Of a stretch of 64,000 bases of DNA, positions 26,701 through 39,500 are shown piece by piece; positions within the stretch are counted from its first letter, which is position 1; every line of letters starts with the position of its first letter. A program made the translations under genes and the position numbers. The stretch is from contig NW_026889825.1 of assembly GCF_033153115.1 (NCBI RefSeq), positions 1,984,001 through 2,048,000 on the forward strand. Direction: 5' to 3'. The DNA is from Saccostrea echinata (Eukaryota). The notes under the pieces are model-generated. The model did not search any database. It had not been told where the DNA came from and saw nothing but the letters and a program-made list of their open reading frames with translations.

Positions 26701-29700
26701 AAGTTCCAGATAATAAGGGTTGCCAGTGTTGAAAGAATCTGATGTATTCAAAAATTAAATTTGTTTAAATTACAATGGATAATATAACTAGATATCGTTC
26801 AAATGGTGACCATCTCAAAGGGCCCTGCTTTTAGCAAAGGACATTAGGATGAAAGGCTGTATTTTGAGTTTGACCTTTGACCTTTGACTTAAATCTTCAC
26901 CCATAGGCACTATTTGAATGATGTATGAGCAAGATGGGGCAAAGGTTCATATACAGGTTACATATTCCCATGTTTGATCCCGTATGTATGGTTCCACCCT
27001 ACCTTCTACACTATTTCAGGAAGCTGCCTCACAAGTTTCATTTTTTCTGACCCAGTGGTTCTCAAGAAGCACACACAAGCTCTCTATGGGTGAATTGTTG
27101 GCCAGTTGGGCCAAGGTGAGAGAAAATATGCTAAGGACAAGGATTTTACATAAAGAAATCTGCTATGACCTTGAACTTTAATGTAGAAAATTAGTTCCAG
27201 GTCATTGCACACCCCTATTCCACAAGAACTTTAGGGGTAAAATTTGAGCAAGACTGAAACAAAGGGATAGAAAATATGCTCTAGGCAATGATTTTACACA
27301 GATGTGTTTTTTGACCTTGACCCTTGAATATGAAAATTGGTTCAAGTTCATGACACAACCTCTACCCCAGGTACTCCATGGGTTAAGTATGATCCAAATT
27401 GGGGCATGGGGAGAGAAAATATTCTCAAATGATTTTGGATGGACAGATGGACAGACATGGATCGACTGATCACTAGAGGGCACTAGCAGAGCGGGGTCCT
27501 AATAATATACATTAACACTACACATTATGTTGGGAAAAAAAAATTAACCTCTAATGGACTCTTTGATACTGTCTATGACTTGTTTAACCAGGAGATCGGG
27601 GTCCATCTCAAACCATCCAGGCTGAGGATGAAGAAGTTGTATCTAAAAATAATTTTTTGAAATAAAACACTTGAATGAAAAAAGTTCAGATAATGAAAAT
27701 CTGAAACATTTTCCACATATAGTTGCACATAAGCTTCTTCATCTACAATGATAATTAAAATTATTAATTGTGTATCTTTCATGGGCTTAGAAGATTCAGA
27801 AATTTTCAAAATATTTTCCTAACATCAAAGTATACACAATTACTCTGTCTTATATACATGTAAGGATGGTAAGAAATCTAGATCATAATTTTCAGTGAAC
27901 TTGCAGGAGAAAAAAGTATGTCGCATGCATTATCCTTATTCCAAAACTCCCAGTTTATTAAACTGGATGCATAAATAGATATGCAAGATTGTAATTAAAT
28001 GACCTTTTGGTCATTCTAAATCATATCCCATTATTTTCAAGATTTGATGTATTTAATCTCAGAGACTGTCTGTGAATGGCAGGGTACATAAGGGGTGTGG
28101 AAAATTGCTAATGACCAGAATCAGGATTTTTTCATGGGAGGAGAAATCTTTATTCAATGAAAAGCCAAAAAAAAATTCAAAGAAAAAAAGAAAATTCTAT
28201 GGTTTAGGTCCACGCAACTCCTCCCTTCCCCTCTGTTTTCAAAAATGACGTGTCTCACCCTTTTACTGCTGGCCCCTTTTATGTTTCCTTGTTTGTTGTA
28301 AATATGACTTCGTAAACTGGTGGTACCAATATCCACTGCCAACACAAATTTCTCCACCCCTTCAGATCCACCACTACTGCCATTCTCATTGTCTGCTGTT
28401 GGAGAGTCCATACGAAGTACTTTCTGTAGGGAAAGACATAAAAATATACAGATTGAAAATAAGGAAAACCTTTGTTTGTTTAATAATATTATATGCATCC
28501 ATTTTCCATTGTTATTTTACTTAGGTTTAAAATTCAGAAAACATCTTAATTTCTCATTGCCTTTTTGCCTGTTGTCAAAAACTCCAAACGAAGTACTTTC
28601 TGCAGGAATAGACTCGAAGATAAAGACTAAAAAAAGTTTCACAGTAAAATATGCACCCAATATTTATTGTTCTATACATTTATCTTTAAATCTCCTCATT
28701 TCTAAGCTAAATTAATTATTACAGATGTTCTAGATCAAGAATACCTGGGTTAAAAGACTAAACGTGAAAAAAAAATCCCAAATTCAAGAAAATGAGATAC
28801 ATTAACTAATTCAGTAAGAAGAAAGATGTACCATATTCTGTAGCTACCTGTAAAAGTGATTTTCATTTTTGTCTGCTTAGGGTTCATTTTTGTTCTTGTG
28901 TTCTTTATTTGTAAACAATCCAGGCATGATGTCCAAATTAGCCAAGAGAAAATGCATGCAACCCATCAGAGTGATCAGTTTAAAACCCGAGTTATTACAT
29001 GTACCGGTATATCCCTCATACAACTACTTCTGCTCCCCTGACATAAGGCATAAGTATAGTTTTAATGATATGATGTGTTTGGGTTTTTCCCACTTTCATT
29101 TTTATTTATCAAAAAGTCAAAGTGAAGAATATGTTGCTGTTGGTAAAGAATAGAAACTTTTTTATGATGATATAGCATAGAAATTTAAGCTTGTGTATCT
29201 ATTATGTAACCAGTATTAATAATTAAGGATGCAATGAATGATGCATCAATTAAGCAAGTGTTAAGTGATAGATTATCCCATGCAGTCTTACTAGAACAGA
29301 TTTTAGTTTTTCGATCATTATTAACATATAAAATACAGCTGACTTTTGATCTTAATGGGTCATCTCTCCAGTTTCTCTGTTTTTATGGAAACAAAAGCTG
29401 GATGTATTCATCATTTCTGGGGTCCAATATGAAGCAAAAATTATGTGATCTATATAGGGCACGTTCAGTCAAGACATCATGTACACGTTTTTGAAGTTAA
29501 AAGGTATTTTTCTTTTCTCTGGTCCTTATTATTTTGCAAATTTTGTTTTGGATCAGATCTATCTAAGAACCTTTTCAATAATAGCAAGTTGGACTAGTAA
29601 ATTTAAATGTTATCATGGCAAGTAGTTCATTTATTTAATTCTTACTTCTTTATGATTAATGTCAGAAAAACAGAAATGGTGGATCATAACTGCAACATTA

Positions 29701-29896
29701 TTTAGTGAAATGTGCCCCTGATAAGTAAAACCTATAAACCCTAGAGCCTTGATCAGCTGTAGATCACTAGACAGAAGATTCCTCGCCATGCTTTGTGCAA
29801 TCTTAATAATTGCACATGTTCATTTATGTGTGATTAATGACATATAATATAAATGATGCTTACATGAATAAAACTTTCTCGGTGTTTATCTTCCAT
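14757..29896 (-). CDS. GK5: Glycerol kinase 5 (FGGY family), 531 aa from ATG 28411, or 546 aa with the upstream exon
   Basis: Exons (minus): [29864-29896 candidate], 28259-28423 (ATG 28411), 27549-27642, 26380-26455, 25124-25217, 24713-24802, 24241-24282, 23336-23473, 22544-22617, 21167-21227, 20368-20494, 19748-19852, 19560-19610, 18984-19027, 18594-18757, 15692-15828, 14757-14902; frame continuous. Motifs: FVLAVDIGTTSLR, HPQPGWFEMDP, GITTQRNTFLTWD, HNFITWQDLR, VSDQTGALFGECCF, KCTMGTGTF, FSGLQAPIND, ADGGV, TSLGAAFLAGLA. Confidence 0.94.
16268..17636 (+). mobile_element. HINE-type element of a second family with ~145-bp internal repeats
   Basis: 5' ATGTCTCCCCTTC motif; about 8 TGACCTTGA/GGTCAAGGTCA-containing monomers of ~140-148 bp alternating in two types; (GAA)n microsatellite near 17576-17592; terminal hairpin TATGTCTCCCCTGGAAGGGGAGACATA. 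Confidence 0.78.
17803..18567. mobile_element. Kolobok-like non-autonomous TIR element
   Basis: TTAA|GGGGCTGAGTGGGGTTTT ... AAAACCCCAGTCGGCTCCC|TTGA imperfect TIRs with TTAA-like flanks. Confidence 0.6.
19841..20260 (-). repeat. 47-bp tandem array (9 copies) spanning a GK5 splice acceptor
   Basis: Unit TAGGATAAAGTCCTAAAAAAGTAAATAAAGTCCATCTAAAGTTTATA; the first copy overlaps the start of exon 19748-19852. Confidence 0.93.
21305..21449. repeat. 54-bp tandem repeat (~2.6 copies) in a GK5 intron
   Basis: CACATAAAAAGTACAATGTATTTACTATTTAAAAACTATTATATAATCAACCTG repeated; explains the periodic ORF 21245-21490. Confidence 0.85.
21460..22240 (+). mobile_element. Decayed HINE-like element with ~125-140-bp internal repeats
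   Basis: Repeated GTGTACCAAG...AAAACTGTAGGAGGAGTAG...ATGGCAAC motifs, then an (ACAG)n microsatellite near 22178-22200. Confidence 0.55.
25727..26261. mobile_element. Kolobok-like MITE with long TIRs and TTAA flanks
   Basis: TTAA|AGG ... CCT|TTAA; about 80-bp imperfect TIRs (GAAGTTAATATTTTCTCAAAT...TATAGCATTTCACAC vs GTGTGAAATGCTATA...ATTTGAGAAAATATTAACTTC). Confidence 0.72.
26786..27503 (+). mobile_element. Decayed HINE-like element
   Basis: AACTAGA start, TGACCTTTGACC motifs, GGACAGATGGACAGAC microsatellite and a 3' GC-rich hairpin-like end. Confidence 0.5.
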
Positions 29897-29899
29897 CTA

Positions 29900-30516
29900 T
29901 ATCTTCATCCTGTGAAACACTCTTTATCAAACGAAAAGAAATATAATCTTATCACCGTAATCACGTTTGAACAATGAATCATTGTTGGACATTTTGATTG
30001 TCACATGACCTCGAACACTGCCATCTACGATGCGACGTTTTGGCGCGAAAATTTGGTAGGGTTCTCTTCTATCCACCTCTTTATAAGAAAAAAATATTAT
30101 GACAAGACTGAAAGTCACTCATGTCACTCTTAGGTTTTAATCAAAAATGATCTTTAAACTCCAAAATTTTTATTTTATTATATAATTTATATTATAGTAC
30201 GCATTTATTAATCGCAGCTCAGGTGCAATAAGTGTGCAAAGGCTATCATGATAAAGGACACAATCTTTAAAAATATTCTTATTTGCGCTTAAGGTCAAGA
30301 AAAATGATGCATAGACCTTTTGTAAAGCATTTCGGATTTTAAAAAAAATATATTATCTAATGAGCTAGAAAAGCACGGAAATTTTTGATTTATTCGAATC
30401 CGTTTTATGGTTTACTTTGTATCTACTTACTTCCTGGTTGATCAACGATCCGGGATCTCTCTGTCACGTCTGTGTCAGCTGTGCGGACTGTGCCTGCGAA
30501 GCCTAATGTTATCTTC
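29900..30516. promoter_or_regulatory. Bidirectional promoter region between GK5 and UXS1
   Basis: Head-to-head first exons about 620 bp apart; CpG-richer; TTTGGCGCGAAA (overlapping double E2F site) at 30039-30050; TCACATGA at 30001; ETS core ACTTCCTG near 30429. Confidence 0.6.
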
Positions 30517-33500
30517 ATGATATCAAGACCAAAGCAGGCGTCACAGTATGGACTATCGAATTGTTCAAGGATACTTTGTATGAAGAAATTAAGAATGAAG
30601 TCCATATTAATTTTATGTGGTGGTGTCATTGGTGTTTTAGGTGCGTAAACATTACTTATCATTTGATCTATCCGGCCCGCACTTCTAATACCTCTGAGAT
30701 TCATATGTGCATTAGAACATTACATATGCAAATGTTTTATATCTAAATAGTATATAGTAGAGTGTATTGGGTTACTGAATACACTGACGCATCTAATCAT
30801 TTGATTGACCACAGCTCACATCCTCAGGTAATACACCTGGAATTCATTTTGATGTGTGTATTAGTGCATAACATATGCAAATGTTTCGTGTTTTTTTTAA
30901 AATACATTTATGACTAGGGAAAGTTGTTTGTCAAGTTAATTTCCATTGATTCTGAAATCATTCAAATGAAAAAAAATTAAAACGAATAAATTAGCCTGTC
31001 ATGCCCTGTGAACATGTATCATGTATGATTAAAGGGTTCTTTTGACAATAAAATTCACAAATCAGATGATTGGAAATATGCAGTATTAAATTTTGTAGTG
31101 TATCTACCTGCATTTTTCTCATATATAACTATTCTAATTAAAACCCAACACTCTGACTCTTAAAATAAGGTCCAGATGTCCTTTCACATCTGGTCTCTTG
31201 ACCACTGTTGACTGTCCTCCTTTGTCAGTTTTTGGCCAATGGACTGGTGTTAAGGTCAAACACTGACCATAACTGGTATGCTCAAGACCTGCTTTTAAAA
31301 ATATCCATATTCCTTTTTTTAAACCCATGTTAAGATTTTGGACATTAATTTGAAATTTAAATTTGAATTTTAAACTATTAAAGCTTATGAAATATCTTGA
31401 CCTTTTAACTTCACATTTGACAGCATTTAAAAAAAAATGATATATTTTGATAATTACTATCAATATACTCATATATTTTAAGCTAAATTTTTCATATATA
31501 TTTTTTTTCAGTATGGTTCATCAGGTTTTCCAACTCTACAAAAACAGAGTAAGAATTCATAAATTTCAAAATTACATTGTCTGTTCCATGTATAAGTATT
31601 GAAATGTCTTGACTTGTCATGTCATAAATAGTGCCCATTCATTGACAAAAAATAGTTATTTACTATTCCTTCTCACTATAATTTTTTTTTTTAAAAATTG
31701 CAGCTTTACGAGGCTCCTCAATGGAACAGGACATAGTGAAATCTATGAAGAAATCACTGCCCTGAAGGAACGTATCAGTCAGCTGGAAAAACAGTATGTA
31801 TTACACACAACAGAGCAGATTTAATTCATTTATTGAGATATTCAAGTAGTCTAACCCTAACCCAGAGTAAAAAATTCCATGTATACTTTAATTTTTGCTT
31901 ATAAGGATATTTTCAAAAATATTTCAGTTCAATATTGATCAAAGGATAAAAAATTTGTTTAGAGGTATACATCGATATCTATAAATATCTTACTACAAGG
32001 ATATTATCAAAGATGATCAAGTAACAGCTGGAGTAGATAAAAAAAAAGATGAAGTTTTTATTGATCACACAGCAAAGACAGACACAGAATAGATCAATAA
32101 ATGTGTATGCTGTGTATGCTTTTATGCCTTGCATTCAGAAAATTAGAATTTAAAAGCCTAAAAACATTGAAACCATTAGCAATGTTATTTATTCATATGC
32201 ATGCACATATTATACATGCATGCACATGTATATGAATACATTTCTGGAAATGGTAAACTTTAAATGTTGCAATTTTTTTATATTGAATGAAATTAGCTTT
32301 GCAGATATGTAAAGACTGATTCCAGAGAGATATGATCCAGAAAGGCAATAGCTTTATACACTCAGATGTTCACTCTTTCTAAACCATTTACCATAAGTGG
32401 TAACAAGAAAATGTATAAATTACAGTTAAGTCTCTCCAAAACAAGGAAATTTTCCTACAATTCTAATTAATTACAAGTTTTTTTTTTCAAAATTTTTTTT
32501 TAGCTGGCTTCAAAAGTGAAAAGGTTTTTTTGTCGGTGAACAGATGCCAATCTAATTAAAATTAGATCCTTTATGCTCCTGTATTTTGTTATGTCGCTGT
32601 AAGGCAACATAACAAAATACAGGAATGTAAAATTAAATTGAACAGAATGCAGGTTTATTTATAGTTTTGTATAGCCACTAACCAAAGTGTTAGGGGTCTT
32701 ACATAATTTATATTTTCTATATTTAAATATTACAGTATTTACATTTCTATTTTACAGTACAGGCAACGCGGATCCCGTATTAGACCGCGTCCCCTCGGCG
32801 GTGTGTTAATCCTTTCCGCGTTACACCGTCGCGGGTTTTGATCGCGGTACTACCTGCGACCGTGTTTACACCGCGGCGGGGCCAGCTACCGTTTTTCTTC
32901 AGCTTAGAGTTATTACCTGTAAAGTGTTGTCGATTTAATCGCGACGGAAAAGGGGGGGGGGGGGGTAATTTATTAAAAATCATGGCCTACATTATATGGT
33001 GAATATCATTAAATGAATTTTTTATTTAAATTTTCAGTATTGTATAATAGTTATTTATTTTTTTTTTTATATCAATAGTCACTCAAAATTTATTATTTCT
33101 CAAATTAAAAAAAGGCATATAATTGCCAGTACTTGCAGTAAAATTGGATGAAATATGATCATCAGCTCATTAACCGTGTATTATTTATTTAAAATCAATA
33201 ATTCAAACATAAATTATCTTGGAATTGCTAAATAATCCACCTTATTACAGTAGCATTAGATTTTTTTTAAATGCCATCGTTTCTTAATTGTCCACGATTA
33301 GCCCGCGCAGTTGCGTTACCAGTTACATGTAGCTAATGCGTTTATTTTTTCTGCGAGATTCGATCACAGTCTTTGGTTTCTTAANNNNNNNNNNNNNNNN
33401 NNNNNNNNNNNNNNNNNNNNNNNNNNNNNNNNNNNNNNNNNNNNNNNNNNNNNNNNNNNNNNNNNNNNNNNNNNNNNNNNNNNNNNNNNNNNNNNNNNNN

Positions 33501-36500
33501 NNNNNNNNNNNNNNNNNNNNAAACGATGATAGATAGAGATGGGAACAGTATTAAACACGTGTACGTTTAGGAAGATTTAGGAACCAATTAACTGCTAATA
33601 CTATGCGCTAAACATGTAAGACTGTAGAAGTTATATCAACATGAACGTTTTTTCGTTATATTGTTAATAAAATCATTACATCCTATATATTCAGGATAAT
33701 TTCATAGCAAGTTTTTCCATTTTCTTTCTTTCTGAAATTTAAATGATCATGCTCATCAGTATTTTCATTTACACGCATCGTCAAATCGGAAAAACCCTCT
33801 TTTATTGGCTGATTTTGTGCCCTAAAATAATTTGATCATTCAACACAAAAATAAACTTATTATATTCAGAGACAAATGTGTTAGAGCGATAGGCTGAGTT
33901 TTCAGGTATCTGTGTAACTAGCTGATACCCTAACTGTTAGATTGCATAATCTTACATCGTGAAGCAATATGGCGATCTTATAAATATATGTCTTGGAAGC
34001 AGTAAGTTGGTTTAGTAAAATAGTGTCTGTGGCTGTTGCTGTTTCCGTGTTTTTTCAGAAAGTAAACTCGATCGTAGAATTAGACAAGGTCCACAACTGG
34101 TCAATAAACTGATAAATCGGCTACAGTATATTACATGTATCTGTTCACAGAAACGACTTATATTGAAACTGAAACAAAATTAATCCAGAAGCAATTCATT
34201 TCATTGAAATTTTATCATGAATATTTTGTTTTAATCGATGGACTCGACAAATCAATAAAAAAGCAGGAAAAAAAGATGCACGTGCCGTAACATTCTGTAC
34301 TTTTATTTCCTTTCTTTTTTAAATTCTACTTACATAATACATGCACATGTACATGTACATATACAAACAGAAACAAATATCAAGCCCCGTCGGCATTTAC
34401 AGAAAATATTAATAAAATATTATCTGATTTGATTTATTTTATTTCATTCAAACTCTATTAATTTGTTTTAAATGTATGATTGATCCTTTTCCTTTTAATA
34501 TACACTCAGGGTTAAAAAAAAAAAAAAAAGCAAGTATATAGTTGACTCGCGTAGATTTCATGGTTGTAATTTCATTTGAAAATGAAGAAATAATAAAACA
34601 TCGAAGGAACTGGTGTGTTGTATGGCTAGACAACGCCTTGCAAATGCAGAGAAATTTACCCCAGGTACATGTACTCTACGACAGGTGTGAAACCCTCAGG
34701 GCATGTCGTTTCCTGCTCGGTCTGCTAATCCCTATACACAGGAAATGATCGGGACTAATACTTAATACACAAAGAAAAGAATATGTTCAAGTAAACTTGG
34801 CATTTGATTTTTTTTTCTTGAGTATTATTGAGAATAATAAGTTTTAGTGATATATACCCCCCCCCCCGCCGTTTTAATTGTTTTGTTGAGTTCATCACCA
34901 TGCATGCACATCCTATCTTCTGTAAATGGAGAAATAATTAAATTAAAAACAAAACAATGTTTACCAAAGAAGTAAATATCGAAGAAAAGAAAAATTATAT
35001 TGATATCTTGTAAAACGTTCACGCGCCCACTCACTGCAAACTCTCACGATTGAATATTACAGCTTTCCGGTCATTCGACAATTTCAGAGAAATGCTTGCA
35101 CATTTATACAATAAAGTGAAATAAATTAAATGAATTATACTGTTCTAAATTTGGTAAAAATAACATAAACAGTATTAAGATGTACTTTTTCCTCATAGAA
35201 ACACTGAAAACTGTTAATATAATAGGAGCTCGCACTGACTATTGTTTAGCACGTGTATGTAACATTATTGTAGTTCGCATATAATTTGAAAAGAAGTTTT
35301 TAGAACTTATATTTGCGACATTAAAATTTGTCATGTTAAACCTCTCAAATGAAACGGCTTACATTATACATAGTTTTCTTGACACTATTTAAAACAAAAG
35401 ATTTCGCTTTAGTTTTGATCTATAATTTAAAAAAAAAAATAATTATAATAAAAACGTTTAAAATATCTTCTGCTTTACAAATTCTTTTTTGGAGTATGTT
35501 TATTATTTTCACCTCACTGTTGCAAAATAAAAGAAACTAATTTCATAAATATACATACACTGAAGATCTTTTAATTTTTTTAAGAGGAAATTTTGCTGCT
35601 GTTCATATATTTATTGACGAAACATGCAGATTCTCTAGTTGATATGTTATTTAATTGCTTTTTCACTTGTACTAACTGTATTATTTTTCTTTTTATTTGC
35701 ATGACATATTGTAAAATAAAGGATAGGAACCTAGTTAGTTGTATAGAACTTGTTCCCAATCCTTTTAACTCAATAAAATATGTTCAAAACGGAATTTCGC
35801 AAAATTTCTGTTCGGGGAGATAACTCCCGTTTGTTTACGATACTAATTGATCGATGATTTAACCGCGGCGGGGACAGGTAGGTAATGAATTTCCCGCGGA
35901 GGGAACGCGGTTTACCTGTCTCACCTGGCTAAAAACCGCGTTGTGTATATACTGCGACGGGGCGCGGAAAATACGGGATCCGCGTTGCCTGTACTGTATG
36001 CTACAGTTTTCTATTTCATTCATGCTAACATTTAATTAATACAAATATGCCATACAGTTTCAAAGTTAAGCAGATGGCTTGTGTGTATGTCTAGTACATT
36101 GTTATCTATTCCCTTTAATTAAGTTAATCCCCTACACAATTATCTTTTGTTACACTGAAGACAGTATAGGTGTCACAGCTGACCTGCTTTTCTGCGATTT
36201 TATTTTTGCAACCTTTCTGTTTTTCCACGACTACTTCATGCTGCTTTTCCATGATTGGTATTTACAATATGTTATGTGTTATCTCCTTTTTTTATACATC
36301 CTTTCCACAATTTTTAAATAGTTACGGCTAGCCAATATTTAGCAGTATTTACCTGTATTTCCTCCATAGCATTCTACAATATGGGTACTAACTCACATTG
36401 TGATTAAAATTATTGAATGAATCTCGCATTTTACACTTAAATTTGGAGCTCGCACCAAGATGTGAAAGCATGCAAATTCCTTCTGTCGACTTTTTAAAAT

Positions 36501-39500
36501 CTAGACCAGTGCTTGTTTTTTTATCTTTGTTTTATCCAGTGCCAAAGGTTTTAAATCAATGTTCTTATTAAGTGTTCTGGAAGACTTATTTTCTTAAAAT
36601 CCAACTTCATCTCCATGTGGTAAGCAGAATGCAATGGGTTTTAAATGGCTAACGGAAGAGGTACAGAAAAAAGTCATGGAAAAGCAATAAAAATATTATT
36701 GCAGAAAAGCAGTATAAAACTTGTCTCAGAAAAACAGGATTTTTTATGCAGAAAAGCTATCTCGAATTGCGAAAAAATTAAACTGTGTGTTACACTAATG
36801 AACACTTAACCTGTCCATATCACTCTATTGCAAAGATGTCAAATAATCTTGAGTAAATCAAATAATCACTCAATTCACCTTAAGGCAAAGATTATATTTC
36901 TATAAAGAACAAAGAGATAACCTCAGTAGCTGTTTTACTTTTAGCCTTGGAGTTGAGAGAGTTAGTAGTAAAAGAGTTAGGGTTAGGAGTTAGGGCTATA
37001 GAGTAGGCAGCTAGCAGACCCAGTCTTGGATGTAAATAATGTACAAATTACTCCTCTAATAAAGACTTAAAAGACATTTCTTCTTATGTCTTAATCCTTG
37101 ACAGTTTCATGTCAAGGACAGTAACCATGTCAAGATGTTGATGCCAGGTGTGCACATGTGTGCAGTATAGGGTGCACTACTTATTCCAGGTGGACCCATA
37201 CCCTCCCCAGCGGTTACATTAGTAACAAAAAAATCAGTGTTGGTTTAAAAATATGTACAGTCATGCAATATAATATTTTACTGTTTCCAGCTGGTAGTAT
37301 ATGTATATAATCTTGTTAAGCACTTGGCCTAAGTGCATTACCAGGTAGTTAAAGCTGTGCCACAGCATTTTCTTATATCTGATGCTGGAATAATATTTCT
37401 TTTTACAGATAATTTTTTCCCGTTTAATTTGCTAACTTAGAGATATATTTACAAAAAATATATAGATATTAAAAGTCTTTTTATACACCAGTTAAGTTAA
37501 AAAAAATTAACCTGAAGAAATTAATCAAATTCATGTTAATTTTTTAAAAAATTGATAATGCAGTCATGAACGCCATAGGTGAGTCCACATCAGCAATCGA
37601 TCAAATGGCTTTGAAGCAACTTACTTTTTTTTCTTTTTGCATTTATAAGTCAATGGCTTAACTGTTCAATCTCTGCTTTAATATATTAAAATTACTTGTA
37701 GTTAACTCTGTAGCCAGTAATGACCTTTATTGAAAAATATATTAACTGCACATGATTTAATATATAATTGGACCACAGTTGATCAACACAAAATAAAAAA
37801 ATAAGTAGTATATTTCAATTTTATGACATGATCATGTTATAACAATGTATTCATGTATTCAAGGAAAGGTTAAAAGTCATCAATTTCATGTGCCCAGAAA
37901 AGTTTTTTCAAAAAAATTCCCTTTAAGTTAACCTGATTTTTTTTTTAAATTATGAATAGATTTTGAACTCTATTTAATACCTGTACCAAAGGCACTAAAA
38001 TTGTCAATTGCTGGAATATGTCAGCTGGTTTTGTTTTGGCAATTTGATTCTGTTTTATTGTTTGGGGTTTGTTTGTTTGTTTGTTTTTAATTTTCGAAGT
38101 TTCCTTTAAGGTGTGCATTCTTAAACCCAGACAAACCACTCTAACATACCTTAAGAAAAAAATTGTGTGAAAAAGTAAAAAAAAAAAAAAAAAAAAGTGG
38201 GGGTTGTTTGCACTGATCTGAGTATGTGCCTTATTATATGAATGATGACTTCCTATTGTAAACTGGAATTAATAATAGTACATGTAATTGATAATTAAAA
38301 TATATTGAAAATACTGTCAACTCTACTTAAAATAAAAATTGTAATGAACAGGTCCCTGTTCAATGCATGTATGCCATACAATTACTTCGATAATTTTCCA
38401 TTTTTAATATGCAGATGATCTGCTGTCTTTAGCTATATGTTGGTTACTGAATGAACACATCTTAATTGTATAAGGCAACTTACAATATTATTTCTGCAAA
38501 TGTTTTGAAAAGATAAATTGTTGGTATTACTCATCTTTAATACATGTACAAGTACATGTATAATTTATTTTGCAGAAATAAGATTTACCCAGATGTGAAG
38601 TTCCTGAATTATAAAGACAGGAAAAGGATCTTGGTATGTATACAGTTACACCTCCATATCACAAACTCAAAAAACCTGACCAAAAAATTCTCTATACTTA
38701 TATATGTCTATATATATTGTAAACCAACTTTTATTCGTGTGCAAGAAATATTTGCGAGTTTCGCGACCTACTTTAAATCACTAATATTAATCGCCCCGAA
38801 CCATTAATTTTTCTTTGTATTTGTAGAAAATGTTTCCTCAGTCGCAAAAATCAATCGTCGCAGATTGATTCAAACTGACGAATCACGAATAAAAGTTGAC
38901 ATGAATAATAGTTGGTTTACAGAATATAAGATTTGAATTTCTGAAGTTGACACTCAAATTCCTATATAGGTTAGCCTAGTAGATTTACTTTCAGCTTGGC
39001 CCTGGTATTCTATTGAACTTCAAATATGTGGTATGCAAATTTCATAGCAATGAAATGATTCAGTTAACACTATATAATGGTACTCCAAATTTCAGTATAA
39101 AAATTGGAATGTTGAATAGATTTCTTAAAAATTCTTTCTAAAATACTGTAAAATCACACAGTTTTTAATTTTCATGATTTGAGGAAAAAATTTTGGTTCA
39201 AAGGGATTTAAATTTTTGGTTAAAGAAATACTGCATTGTTAGAGATTAAAATTTTTACATTTCATGGAGGACATGAATTCATGGGTCTCTTCATACCAGG
39301 AAACAACAAAAATTAACCTTCACCCCCCACCCCCCCTCGATAATTAGTGATTTCACAGTAGACAGCGGTCATAGATTTCAATGCAGTTTTTTTCTTCAGT
39401 ATTATTTTATCGTGATCTTTATTTTGTCAAAAAATGAAATGCTACTGCAGGTAATCTTTAATTTCTTTTCTAAATTAGTTTATAACAAACTATTGTGATT

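Noticed and set aside
29732-29790. Minus-strand ATG (MARNLLSSDLQ...) as GK5 first exon
   Set aside because: Available donors are weak and out of phase with the exon starting at 28423.
33311-33558. ORFs containing X runs
   Set aside because: Artefacts of the N gap.
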